Of a stretch of DNA of 64,000 bases, positions 37,938 through 51,037 are shown piece after piece. Where the stretch lies: assembly GCA_021613535.1 (NCBI GenBank), contig CP075493.1:124001-188000 (forward strand). Direction: 5' to 3'. The position numbers were made by a program, and so were the translations under genes. Source of the stretch: Adineta vaga (lineage: Eukaryota > Animalia > Rotifera). Below the pieces are notes generated by a model. That model was given only the letters and a program-made list of their open reading frames with translations, made no database searches and had not been told where the DNA came from. Every line of letters starts with the position of its first letter. The first letter of the stretch is position 1.

Positions 37938-40680
37938 CGAGGGAAGGCCACCAACTGCCCCCTCGCTTTTGAGCTAAAACTCGGTTGTCAATAGGTAATC
38001 GAACATGCTGATTCCGAATATCAAAATGGTTTTTGCCCGGTCTCGATTTAAAGACCAGTTTTTCAAAGATCTTGGATTTTCACCCGAAAAACCATTTTTA
38101 CTAAAAAAAATTTTCGACCTGTGCAAATGATAGAGCACCTCACCAAACCTACAGAAAACAATTTTCAAGGTTCTAATCGAGGTTTTGAGCAAGTTTTCTG
38201 CATCTAAAACTTAAAAAAAGAGAGAAAAATCGCTTATATTCTTATGCAGTTTATGAAAGAAAAACAGTAGTTTTTCTTTCTGTTCTGTTTTTTACTTATC
38301 AACAACATTCAAAAGTGGAGGACTGCATGCATGTGTTAGACGTGATATACATCTTGATACATTCCAATTTCATAAGAATTGGGCAAAAAGTAAAAACTGA
38401 CAACAGATAGCAGCTATAGAAAAATTTTCAAAGCATATGAGATGCATAATTCAGTGCAAAGAACAGAGAACAGAAGAGAAATATTTATAACAGCAGCAAT
38501 CTATAAAAAATATATGTAATTTTAACACTCGTATCGCAGCGTTAGAGTTATATAACGTTTGATACCACGTTTTTACTCAAACTCGAAAAGTATCTGTCCA
38601 TTGCGGCAGATTTCGTCATCTTTTTCCCGTAAACCAAAATGAATGTACAGAACATCGTTTCGGCTTTGAGTGATTTAATTGCAAATAATTTGACCGTTAC
38701 ACAACAGTCTCCGATTACATCATACGAGCGACAAATGGCCGAACATCTAGCTGACACTGTTAAATTGATAGGCAGTGGACAAAAAGTTGATTACGTTGAA
38801 GAAACAACTTTGGATTTCGGTCGTTATACCGACGATGAAGAAAGTGAAGAGGAGGAAGAATCCATGCTGGGTGAGAAAGAAAGTGAAGAAATGGATGAAG
38901 ATTGGAAGGACAAAGAATTAGCTTTTCAAAAATATAATTTAAGAAGCTTTTCAGAAGATTTTATGCGTCAAGTTATCGATTTTGTTGATCATGCAGGTCC
39001 GGAAAGTAGACATGGTAGATCCTGGAAAGCCATTCATCACCGATTTCGAACAATCCCAAGCAGAAGTTATATTCGACGTTTTCGAAAATATTTGGAGCAT
39101 CATGGAACAAAGCGACAGAAGACTCAAGATGTGGATAGTTTAGTTTACAAAAAGTTAGTTGATGCAAGAGAAAAGAATCTCGTTGTTCATGATTTGGATA
39201 TTCAGCGATGGGGTTTAAAAATAGCTAAAGAAATAAAGCTCACCGATTTTCATGCTTCTCATGGTTGGTTGGAGAATTTTAAAAATCGTCATAGATTAAC
39301 TTCTCTGAAAATTACAAACTTTGTTTCACATCATCAAGTCGAAAACCGGGAAACTATAGAAAAATCAAAGCAAAATTTTATTTTGGAGTTTAATAAAGTA
39401 TCATCTCACTTTAAACTATCTGAAATTTTTAATACAGACCAAACAGGTGTCCAAAAAGAATTACACTCCAATCGTACTATATCTTTCGTTGGTGAGAAAA
39501 GGACTTTTGCAGCTGTGCAGTCGAAAAATGCTACTACTCACACTTACACTTTACAGCCAACTATCTCATTAGACGGACGACTCTTGGAAACGATTTATTT
39601 ATGTTTGCAAGAGCAGGGAGGTGAGTTAAACGTCAGTCGAACCGTTTTAAACCACTATCGTTAGTTTTTGTTCTGTAGGAAAAATGGGAGAGCAAGTTAA
39701 GCGACGCTTGTTTCAGCCGAAAAATGTCGTTATAACCTGTTCGACGTCGGGAAAACTTACCACTTCACTCATACAATACTGGAGAGATAACTGTTTTCTT
39801 CCATTGGTTGGTGCTAAATGTTTGCTGCTATCCGATAGTTACCCAGGGCAAAATCGCGAAGAACTCTATCAACCGGAAAACTGTGGTGGTAAAAAGGTCA
39901 CACGTTTACAAATACCACAAAATACAACTAACGAGCTACAGCCACCGGACTGTTATTTCAATAGACAGATTAAAAATTTCCTCAAAGCATGTTATCATCG
40001 TGTAGCGTTGGATGAACTAGATATACACTTACACGAACGAAATAACATCATACGCTTAGTCAGTCTAATGCATAATCAATTGAGCGCAGATTTATTTACA
40101 CCAATGATTGAATACTCTTGGTTCTCTAGCGGCTTAATACGTGAAGATCCTTCTCCATTTGTCAGCGTTAATCAAGTTTGCTTTGCGAGTTCAGAAACTC
40201 ACATACACTGTGAAGAAAAACACTGCAATGAGTCTGTTTTTATAACTTGTGCTCGGTGTTCGAACAAATTATGTTTTCAACACTTTTTCACCAGTTATCA
40301 TTTCCATTAAGAACACAGCAAATACTTTTATGAATCGCGGTTCTATGGAACTGTTTTTCTTTCATAAACTGCATAAGAATATAAGCGATTTTTCTCTCTT
40401 TTTTTAAGTTTTAGATGCAGAAAACTTGCTCAAAACCTCGATTAGAACCTTGAAAATTGTTTTCTGTAGGTTTGGTGAGGTGCTCTATCATTTGCACAGG
40501 TCGAAAATTTTTTTTAGTAAAAATGGTTTTTCGGGTGAAAATCCAAGATCTTTGAAAAACTGGTCTTTAAATCGAGACCGGGCAAAAACCATTGTGATAT
40601 TCGGAATCAGCATGTTCGATTACCTATTGACAACCGAGTTTCAGCTCAAAAGCGAGGGGGCAGTTGGTGGCCTTCCCTCG
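37938..40680 (+). mobile_element. Full-length Tc5/pogo-like DNA transposon
   Basis: ~330-bp near-perfect TIRs starting cgagggaaggccacc; target ctaag with TAA duplicated (CTNAG type). Confidence 0.93.
38639..40310 (+). CDS. Tc5/pogo transposase (CENP-B-type HTH, DDE_1, C-terminal Cys/His finger), 2 exons, 537 aa
   Basis: Intron 39621..39678 joins the two ORFs in frame. Motifs FHASHGWLENFKNRH, FNTDQTG, LLSDSY, LQPPD, CARCSNKLCFQH. Confidence 0.9.
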
Positions 40681-41069
40681 TAAGTGACGTGCGTGGACAG
40701 ATGTTGCAGGCCAATGCCCATTGAAAAAAAGGCGCGTGGATATTTTTCAAATAACTTTGCACCCCGATTATCTATGGACTTCGGCTCGGTGTCGTTTCAA
40801 AGAAGCTTTCCCAGCATATAAAATTGTTAGAGTGCAGTTCATGAATAAATAATGACTCATAGTAATCTTGAAAGAGCAGACTGTTGACTCGTGAAAATTA
40901 AATGACTTCTACCGACTGACGCTGTACAAATCTATGCAAGGTCGAAATTTTTATCTAACTTCCTTTACAAGTTATAAGCATTATACTAAGGGTATTTGAC
41001 CGAGTTTCCATCCATTTTACCTTGCACATAACATTTTTCATATTATCGTTATTTATGTTTTTGATCATC

Positions 41070-41263
41070 TTGAGGGTGTGGTGTGGGTGTGGGTGAGGGT
41101 GGGGGTGGGTGGGGGTGTGGGTGTGGGTGTGGGTGTGGGTGAGGGTGTGGGTGGGTGTGGGTGTGGGTGTGGGTGAGGGCGTGGGTGTGGGTGTGGGTGG
41201 GTCTGGGTCTGGGTGGGTGTACTTTCTTCTCTCATCCATGCCCACACTCAACCCACACCGACC
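41070..41263. repeat. Telomere-like array mixing TGTGGG/TGAGGG/TCTGGG, followed by a short inverted C-strand part
   Basis: ~150 bp of hexamer repeats preceded by atcttga and followed by cccacac repeats. Confidence 0.85.
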
Positions 41264-42042
41264 CCTTTATAGAGATCTAAATATGTTTTCTTAATATTCA
41301 GTCAGTATTATCTGCCCATGTCGAAAGTATCGGACCGTAAACGGCCGCACACGGATAAAAGACGGTATCTATACCGATATCCAACTTTTGTTGTATACTG
41401 GCATCAGTTTAACGGTATATATACGGATACTTTTCGGAACATTAACGGCCCGTATTACGGAGCATCGAATTCTATCCGATAACTGTACACAGATTACGCC
41501 CCGTTTTTAGACGTTTTTTTTTAAACCCATTAGTTAAGGCTGCAGATCCCAGTATATGACTGTCTGTATAATTATTATAATTTTTTATGAAAAGGTAAAC
41601 AATTTTATAAAAAGAAATTGAAAAATGTAACAAAAGTAGATATACTAGATTATGCATATTGTGGCGCCATCTATATAAAAATTTAGATACATACAATGAA
41701 TCACATGATCTAACATTCGAATACATATATGTAAATTAATAATAGGAATTTTAATAAATGTTATATATATTAAAGTCCCTTTCAATTTCCACGGACGATC
41801 TTCATATCTATATACACTCACATCCGACTAGACCGATAGAACTAAAGGTATAAAAGAGTATCTATAGAAATGCAATGTAATTAGCATTCGTTGTTTTTAG
41901 GAAGAAGCTGTATTATGTTCCCTCATTTTCTCGTTCATGTATGTTTCGAGATCTACTATTTAATCTGCCTTATCACTGATTATATTAATTGATTAGTTAG
42001 CTGACAAAATTTGTCTCGTTTGTGTATTTTTAGAGGAAATAA

Positions 42043-45002
42043 ATGTACTCGATTGATATTGGATTTGAACAGAAATTTGGTCAACAACAAAGGAAACAAA
42101 GGTATAATAAACATAATATTTCTCGTAGAAGAAAAAGATTGATTACAAAGAAATTATGCTATGTTAATCAACGGATATCAGTCCAACAGGATCCAGCTGT
42201 TTTTCAACAAGATCTGCAGACATTTCCGCAAAATGATAACTTTTCTTTTTGTGATGCCAATCCATCAAATTATGATGATCGTGATAAATGTTTTTCAATA
42301 GAATCGATGTCAATAAAATCACATGAAGATTGTATTGATGAAGTAATCCACAATGATGATGATTATACTGATGATCAACAAATTACAACAACTGAAGTTG
42401 ATACTTATACTGATGACGAACAAGTAATATCAGTTGAACTTGATGATGATGAACATGATGATGATGGATGTATCACTTCACTTAAGATACCTTTGCACAA
42501 ATATACGATTCATTCAACTCTAGATTATTGTGAAGCATTTGTTAGAGCAGCACGTCAAGCAAATTTATCGAAATTAAGTACAAATAACTTTTTGTCTTTA
42601 ATTAAATCCGTTCTTCCTGTTCCAAACAATTTACCTGTTGCTGAAGAAGAACTTTTAACACTATTGAATGTAATCAACTTGTTTACCAAACGAACAATCT
42701 GCTTATTATGTAAAGAAGAGTTTGCCAATAGAGAAAAGTTCTGTCCATTATGTTGTTCAACTGATAAGCGATCAATTGCTTTCATGTAAGTACTTGCTTT
42801 ATGATTATTAAATTGTTTACTTGATAAACGTCTAGTTTCATTAAAATCTCTATCTTTTAGATATGATAGCAATGTTGAACTAATACTCAAACAAATTGTC
42901 AATAGATTATCATTCGATATTGATGAATACAAACAGTACATTAATAACAACGATGATCATGAACAAACAAAAGATATACCATTTGGAAATGTTTATCAAA
43001 ATCTCTTGAAAAAAAATGATTATCGAAATCTTATAAGTTTATTATTACACGTTGATGGTATAGGTATTACAAGTTCAACTAAATTGAAAATGTGGATGTT
43101 TAGTGGTTCAGTCGTCGAGTTACCGCCAAAACTTCGTTCTCAACGATCCAACATGGTGATTATCTCCATTTGGATAGCTTATGTTCAACCACCACCAAAA
43201 CTATGGTTAAGTCATTGCATTGATAATCTAGATGCAATAAAAATAAAAGGTAATAATTTGTATTATTCGACACATTGCTTTAGAACAATATACTCAATAA
43301 AACATATCCGTGTATGTGACTTTTCGCAGTACATCTTTTTACTCATAAAATAGCTAATTGTCTCGAAGCATGCTTTATTAATTTATTTGCATCAATTACG
43401 AAGACGTAAAGATGAAAACTAAAACTTTAGATATAACAATAAGTTTCTTCACTTTTTTTCACTTATTTACATTCATTCATAAATAACATTTTATATTTTT
43501 AAATTATCTTTAGGTATTCGTATTTCAGACAAATATTATAAATTGTTAATCTTTGGAATAACTGGTGATTGTCGTGCTTTAAGTTTGATTACAAATTTTA
43601 TTAATCACAATGGATATTTCAGTTGTTGGTTTTGTTTTATAGAAGGACAACATATGGAAAGAAAAATGCAATTTCATTATGAATTAATTCATTTACGTTC
43701 TGTTGAAGCATATTCAAAATTATCAAATAAATCTGAAAAAACTAATTCAGATATTTATGGACATCGTGGTGAAAGTATTCTTATTAAAATATTAGATGTT
43801 GAACTACCTCATGCAATTGTATTAGATTATCTACACATATCCTTATTGGGTCATGGTAAATTGATCATTTCATCAATTTATGATCGATTAAAACCATAAC
43901 AACGTGAAGACTTGAATATTCAGATCAACAATCAACACTTTCCAAGTAAGTGGTTTTCATTTAATTTTAAATATTAGAGTATTTATTTTTGCAATATTTG
44001 TTTCATTATTGTATTTTATTTTTATATTTAGATTTCTTTAATAGAAAGTTACGATCATTTGACAATTTTGCTTTTGTTAAAGCAACTGAAATTCGAAATA
44101 TGTTATTCTATGGTCTACTGCCACATTTTAATTCAATTATGCATATTGAGCAATATTCACATTTTACGTTGTATGTATGTGCATTACGTCTTTTACATAG
44201 TGGCCATATTTTTGGTGATAAAACAAGTACAATTGCACATCAACTATTCATTGAATTTTACAAAGATCACGAGTTGTTTTACGCACATTTACAACATTTT
44301 AAATTGCATTTACATATACATTTATCTTCTTTATATGATACCCATGGCTCCCTATGCAATTTAGGATGTTTTGGTCAAGAATCTTTGATTGGTTTTGTCA
44401 GTGCTAATCATCATGGTACTCAATATCATGGCGATTCCATTGTCCATTTTTACAATATTGACTTTGCAATTCAAAACAAAAAAGAAAAAGAATCAATTGT
44501 TAATGGACCATATGATTTGCTATCTGTACCAGCAAATAACTATCATTACTTAAAAGAATTTCATACATTAACATGTACTTGTAATGATTTAGATTTATGC
44601 TGTAAAATTTATCGTCGATTTATTGTGAAAAACAAAATGTTTCACTCTTTGATTTATAATAAACGTGGTAATTCTGTTAATTATTTTGTTCAATATATTT
44701 TTGATGACAATGGTAAGAAATATCGCTTTGGTATTATAGATATATTTTTCACATGTGATAAAAAAAGTTATGCTGTTCTTAAACATCATCCTGTCAAATG
44801 CTTATTCAGTGAAACTTTCAAAATGTCTAGTTATTATTATTTACTTAAAAAACCAGTTGATAAATTATATTTCGTTCTAGAATATTTTTATTCTCAATTC
44901 GATATTATTCCTGTTTGTCAAATATTAAATCACTGTATTGTCGTCGATAAAAATGATTATTTGTTTGTAACAAACGTTTTATCGTATAATGAACATGACT
45001 AA
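42043..45002 (+). pseudogene. EnSpm/CMC-type transposase, multi-exon, with a premature stop at 43897
   Basis: CLLC..CPLC, LLHVDG, TGDCRA..NHNGYFSCWFC, VLDYLH, KATEIRN, KLHLHIHL, FGQES. Reading continues past cca TAA caa cgt to the donor near 43946. Confidence 0.82.
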
Positions 45003-45222
45003 GCGATAAACTTTAGATCTCCTTATTTTAGCTCTTATTTTCCTATGATCGAAATTTTGTTTTTGTTTAAAAACAACTCTTGTTAAAGATAAAATAATGT
45101 ATCTATGGTGTTATTGATATTTGTTTAGTATTATCGTATATTGTTCATTTAACGTATTGTTGACTATTAATTTGAAATTTTTTGTATTTTCTTCAGATTC
45201 TGACTATACTTCAACTTAACAA

Positions 45223-46889
45223 ATGGCAAGTAGTATCACACAACAAGTTACTAAGAGATTGGCAAAACCAAAAGAACAATTTTCACCTTCGAATCCACCT
45301 GGTACAACAAAATATCATTTAATTGTTTATGATGATAATGGACTTATGATGATTGTTGGTAATTCCAGTGTAAAGAGATTTGAAAATGATGGATCGGTGT
45401 CAATGAACGGTGGTCGAACAGCAAAATTAATAACATCAGGTAAATTTTCTAGTACGAGCAATGTATAACTGATTATAAAACTCGAAAGTTTAATAATTTA
45501 GGAACAAAAGATATATGTATCAATCACTGGAACAAACAGACACATTCGTCAAAAGGTAAAGTTCCATTATACCTCATAGTTTTAAATATTATTTTATATA
45601 TTTAAGATAATAGTAATACCGGGCAAATACCTAATGACGACGAAGATGATGATGAGGAGGAGAATACATCAGCTGATTTAATGGAACAAACATTACAAAT
45701 ACCAACAAATTCGTTTTCAACACGTATGTATTATATTCCAAATATGTATGATTGCATACAAATAAATAATATTATAGCTGCACCATATCGACGTCAAAAA
45801 ACTTTGGTACGTCGACCTAGTTCTTCTGATTTGACATCTGTTAGTATGTAATCATTTGTAGCGTGTAATTTATATGAATATATTCTCTTGATACTATAAT
45901 TTTTAGTTGTTTCATCAAAACGATTTGCACCAAATAATCGTTCAAATCGTTCAACCAATCAACGTTCACATAATTCACATGCTACAAATCATACTGATTC
46001 GCGTGCTGGTGGTAATAGTTATTCATGATGAAACTTTCATTAGACTTTATATTGTTTATTTCGTTCAATAGTTGCTTATCCGGTATTATCTTCATCAGAT
46101 GATGAAGCAGATGCTGATCATGATGTTTCAATGAAACATATACTTGAAGAACTAAAAAATGTTCAAGCATATGTACGTGAGGTTCGTACTGATAGTCGTG
46201 ATACTCAACAACAATTATCAAGTATATCAAAAAAGATGTCACATTTTCGTTCACTGATGTCATCGGTAATACATCTTACTTTTCTAAAAAGAACTATGTT
46301 GTTATTATTTTCTTAGAATAATGAACACATTCTCGATCGTTATCGTGATAGCGTTGTTAATGAAGAATTTAAAACAGAAATCGTAAAATTATTTTTAATA
46401 CTGATATTTTTATAGAATGTTTTTCATCTTTTTATATTTAGTTGTATCAAGGTGAAAACTTACTTGAAGTTGCAGCAAGTAATGCTGCTGAATATGGTAG
46501 AAATTTATTAAGAAAATTATTTACTGAACATGAATCAGAAACGTCATTGTTACCATCTCAACAAACTCAACGATACTCAAAACCTGCATTAGATCATGAA
46601 CGATTTAATCTATTGAATAGTAAGAAATTTTATATTATTTTAAATGCACATATCCATTATATGTAAAGAAATTTATTAAGATTGGATTTCTTTTTACCAT
46701 GTTTCAGAAGCTATTCGTCATCGTTATCGAATAGGAAAACATCATTATAATATCTTTTATAAAGAACGAATACAAGAATCATTAGCAGGATGTTTGTACA
46801 ATGAAGGTACAAGAAAACCACGAAAGAAAGCAATGCAACAACAATCTCATGATATTCCATTACCCTCTCCAAGTAATAGTCAATTATAG
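45223..46889 (+). CDS. Transposon accessory gene, multi-exon, acidic region plus coiled coil plus BEN-like domain
   Basis: Short exons with GT..AG introns; AAEYGRNLLRKLFTEHE...KPALDHERFNLL resembles a BEN domain. Exon structure only partly resolved. Confidence 0.6.
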
Positions 46890-47619
46890 TTATAGAAGAT
46901 TGAAAACAAACATTTTTAAATCAAATGGTTTAAATATTGAAGTAAACAAGTAATGTATATAAACCTTTATGAAGACATGAATTTATGAATACAATTTGCG
47001 ATGAACAAAAACCATTTATTTCCTCAAGTTTTATCTCTATGTTTATGAAACATATTTATTGTTACATATTGTTTTTTTGTTATCTTTTTACATAGAAACT
47101 TGATAAAAAATCTAACTATAGATGAAAGTGAACTCATAGAGCTATTTCTAAATCAAATAAATGATGTAGGATCAAAGAATTATCGAAATAATATATTTTG
47201 ACTCGTGCAAACGATTATAAATCGGTTTGTTTTCAGCTAAAAAACGGTCTCAATACTGAATAAAACACACTGTTTCATCATATCCGATAGCTCCCAGAAA
47301 ACCACCAAATACGGAAAGTTTACTGAACGGGCATATTACGGATCGTAATTCTGTGCCCGATAATACGGTTCGATACGGGCCAAAAACGGTCCGAATAGAT
47401 ACCGTATCATACTGTAACTACACCGTTTTTAAAACGTTTACGGTACGTTTTCATACCGTAAACGTGGCCGTTTTCATTCACCTGGGTGCACGCTGATTTT
47501 TTAATTTGCTTTACATTTCCGTACTGAACAATCATTGTGCTGATCATTCCTTGTGCTGAACATTCTCGTGGTGAATGTTCTGTGCTGAAAATTCCCGTGC
47601 TGAACGTTCACCAACCCAG

Positions 47620-48790
47620 AATATCGTCTTCAGTCGACACAATCGCACTCAACATCAAATTCAGTCCATGATATGATAGACGATATCAATGCAAATCTGA
47701 ACAAATTAAATGAAACTCTCCGAAACTCTCCAACGATCCAGTCATTATCGGGTGAAATTGAAAAAATCCAAACTTTAAAGAACAATATCATTCATCAAGC
47801 TATTTTAACTAGTCGCAATAAAATTGCTAATCAGACCACTGTCATACAAACTGAACAGAATAAATTTCTAGTAAACAATAGATATATGGAATCAACATCA
47901 GAATGGCAAAAATTGGTGTTTGATGCTATCGAAAGTCGTCGGCTACATATGATTGAACGTGCAAGTTATATTAAACAAGATCGGTTGACAACATGATCCA
48001 AAACAAATAATAACCTACAGAAACCAAGAGACTCTAGTGCATGATTTAAGAAACAGAAGATAAATACTTATTTCATAAATTTCATTTTTGTTCTTCATTT
48101 GAAAAAATTTCTTCGATAACAAAATAATTCTTATATTGTGTCTTCGAATTCTTCAGTCAATTGTTTTCGTTTATATAATATTGAAAAAATAAACTAATAT
48201 ATTTTTGATCTATTCTACACGTTTCATTAAACATGAACTATGTAACTTGATGCATACACAACGCCTTATATATTTTGATCTTACCTCTCCAATCCCGTCA
48301 TAACATTTCTAAACATATTCATTTCATCACGAAACACAACAATGTAATATACGCCTACCCAACAGACATGAATACTAACACAATATCTTAGATTCATCAT
48401 AAATTCCCAATTCCATCACACACGCTAATGCACAGTACAAATCAACGTCGACAGTTCACCATGAGTATAAATACCGATATTATTTTCTTTCAGATTCACA
48501 TCACACAATATTAAATATACAAGTGAGTATTATTTATATTCGTTCACATATAACCCATAAGACTATGAAATTCATCATCATTATCACTTATACTACCTTA
48601 CTTCCATCGTAATCCAACTTATAACAAAGACAACAATATCGAGTAGGTCTCGTAACTCATACAAACAGTTTTTTCAGCATATTTTGAACTTTGGATTAAA
48701 TTATCGTCTGAAGAGAATAGTGATATGTTCGAAATGCGTTATAGTAATTAGCAACTCACAACCTTACTCCCACCCACTCACCCTCACCCT
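47620..48790 (+). mobile_element. Athena/Terminon-like (Penelope-like) retroelement 3' remnant
   Basis: Coiled-coil ORF fragment 47673..47996 (..AIESRRLHMIERA..), AT-rich trailer, hammerhead motif, then C-strand telomeric repeats cccacccactcaccctcaccc. Confidence 0.55.
48699..48749 (+). ncRNA. Minimal type I hammerhead ribozyme motif
   Basis: CUGAAGA, stem II GAAUA/UGUUC, GAAA, palindromic AUGCGU stem III, GUU site; stem I aattatcgt/atagtaatt with one mismatch and two G-U pairs. Confidence 0.65.
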
Positions 48791-48800
48791 TTCACTATAT

Positions 48801-49199
48801 AACTTCTGCTTGAAAAAGAAGCAAAATCCCATGCGATTAGTTTTCGCCGTCATAAAAGAATCATTTTTTGTCACACGAACGAAAAGGACGAGCGTATATA
48901 ACACCGCCAATCGGCCCATCCCCAAATGAATGTAAAAAATACATAAAACGATGCAAAATGAGACGGCGAATCATTCTTTAACAAATTCAACTTATTTCGG
49001 AAACAAATAAAAGGTTTCTGATAAGAAAGATTCGCCGTCTCATTTTGCATCGTTTTATGTATTTTTTACATTCATTTGGGGATGGGCCGATTGGCGGTGT
49101 TATATACGCTCGTCCTTTTCGTTCGTGTGACAAAAAATGATTCTTTTATGACGGCGAAAACTAATTGCATGGGACTTTGCTTCTTTTCAATCAGAAGCT
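48801..49199. mobile_element. Palindromic MITE
   Basis: ~175-bp arms are near-perfect reverse complements (aagaagcaaaatcccatgc / gcatgggactttgcttctt). Confidence 0.8.
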
Positions 49200-49515
49200 A
49201 TTTAATGAAAATACGCTTTAATCTGTAGATTTTAGAGCTTTTCAAGCTGCATCTTGTGGTATATTTGGTTTTCTTCTCATATAGAAGAAAGATGGAACGC
49301 AAGAGTGGCCCATTCTTTAAGGGCCAACCGTTATTTTTGCATTGAAAAAAAAATTTACTAGAATGTTAGCTTATATATCTACCTTATAACGGGGGATAGA
49401 GATATGAGACTTTGGGGGTAATCTTTGCCTACTTACAAGGGTGAAGATACCAGAGTTTGAGCATGTTGTACTTTACTATAAGGGGAGAACGAGCAATTTT
49501 TCTAAGAACGACTAA

Positions 49516-50487
49516 CGAGGGAAGGCCACCAACTGCCCCCTCGCTTTTGAGCTAAGACTCGGTTAACAATAGGTAATCGAACATGCTGGTCCCGAATATC
49601 ACAATGGTTTTTGCCCGGTCTCGATTTAACGACCAGTTTTTTAAAGATCTTGGTTTTTCACCCGAAAAACAATTTTCACTAAAAAGTTTTTTGACCTGTG
49701 CAAATGATAGAGCACGTCGCCAAACCTACAGAAAACAATTTTCAAGGTTCTAATCGAGGTTTTGAGCGAGTTTTCTGCATCTAATACCTAAAAAAAGAGA
49801 GAAAAACCGCTTATATTCTTATGCAATTTATGAAAGAAAAACTACTGTTTTTCTTTCTGTTCTGTTTTTTACTTATCAACAACATTCAAAAGTGGAGGAC
49901 TGCATGCATGTGTTAGACGTGATATACATCTTGATACATTCCAATTTCATAAGAATTCGGTAAAAAGGAAAAATTGACAACAGATAGCAGCTATAGAAAA
50001 AATTTCAAAGCATGTGAGACGCATATTTCAGTGCAAAGAACGGAGAACAGAGGAGAAATATTTATAACAGCAGCAATCTATAAAAATATATGTAATTTTA
50101 TCACTCGTATCGCAGCGTTAGAGTTATTTGTTGCTAATAACATATGTGAAAAAACTACTGTTTTTCTGTCATAAACTGCATAAGAATATAAGTGGTTTTT
50201 CTCTCTCTTTTTTTAAGTTTTAGATGCAGAAAACTCGCTCGAAACCTCGATTAAAACCTTGAAAATTGTTTTCTGTAGGTTTGGCGACGTGCTCTATCAT
50301 TTGCACAGGTCAAAAAAGGTTTTAGTGAAAATGGTTTTTCGGGTGAAAATCCAAGATCTTTAAAAAACTGGTCTTTAAATCGAGACCGAGCAAAAACCAT
50401 TGTGATATTCGGAACCAGCATGTTCGATTACCTATTGTCAACCGAGTTTCAGCTCAGAAGCGAGGGGCAGTTGGGGGCCTTCCCTCG
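49516..50487 (+). mobile_element. Internally deleted derivative (MITE) of the Tc5-like element at 37938
   Basis: Same TIRs. The first ~610 bp match 37938..38550, then the sequence joins the right TIR; ctaa|...|tcag context. Confidence 0.9.
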
Positions 50488-50617
50488 TCAGGTTGAAACG
50501 TAGTTGGGGATGCACTGAATTGTCAAATGTTCTAGAGTAGATATGATGTGTTGAACAAATATTAGAAAGTAATTTAGTATTATTGTGAATACATTTATCT
50601 TACTTTTTTAGTTAATT

Positions 50618-51037
50618 ATGTCAGCTAATAATGATACAGAAGCAATAGCCGGATATGGTGTGAAAGGCGATCGTATCAACGCTTCCTTTGAATCGGTGTG
50701 GAAAGCAATGCTTGATAGTATTTATCATCCAGAAAAATACATTCCCGTAAAAAATGTGAAGATTATAGATAATGATGATCATATTTACCGAGAAATGTTA
50801 CATGAAGATGGATTTCTGCATAAAGAAAAAATTTTTTGTGACAGGGAGAAAGGTGAGTTTACATTCATTGATCCTGGCGATTTCGTGCATAAAAATAAAT
50901 ATTACAAAGATGAACAAGTGTTAGAATACTGGCTGGAAAATTATCAAGGTGAAAGAATATCGTGGAAAGAACCTAAAGTATTGATATTGTCAGCAATTAA
51001 GAAAACACAAGAATTAGCTGAAGAACAAGAGGAATAA
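50618..51037 (+). CDS. AtaL-like (DUF1857) SRPBCC/START-fold protein, 139 aa
   Basis: INASFESVWKAMLDSIYHPEKYIP-VKNVKII...IYREM...KEKI pattern and C-terminal helix (AIKKTQELAE); acceptor 6 nt before ATG; AATAAA downstream. Family recognised from pattern only. Confidence 0.7.
   Translation: MSANNDTEAIAGYGVKGDRINASFESVWKAMLDSIYHPEKYIPVKNVKIIDNDDHIYREMLHEDGFLHKEKIFCDREKGEFTFIDPGDFVHKNKYYKDEQVLEYWLENYQGERISWKEPKVLILSAIKKTQELAEEQEE

Larger units (their letters stand above)
41315..47486 (+). mobile_element. EnSpm/CMC-superfamily DNA transposon with two genes
   Basis: CCCA...TGGG termini, 2-bp TSD TG, ACGG/CCGT-rich subterminal repeats at both ends. Confidence 0.8.

Noticed and set aside
37974-40683. 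Duplicated MLKTSIRTLK ORFs (37974..38192 and 40426..40683)
   Set aside because: They lie within the TIRs of the Tc5-like element.
40955-41294. Pro/Thr/His-rich and Val/Gly/Trp-rich ORFs (also 5730..5966 and 51506..51709)
   Set aside because: Translations of telomeric hexamer repeats.
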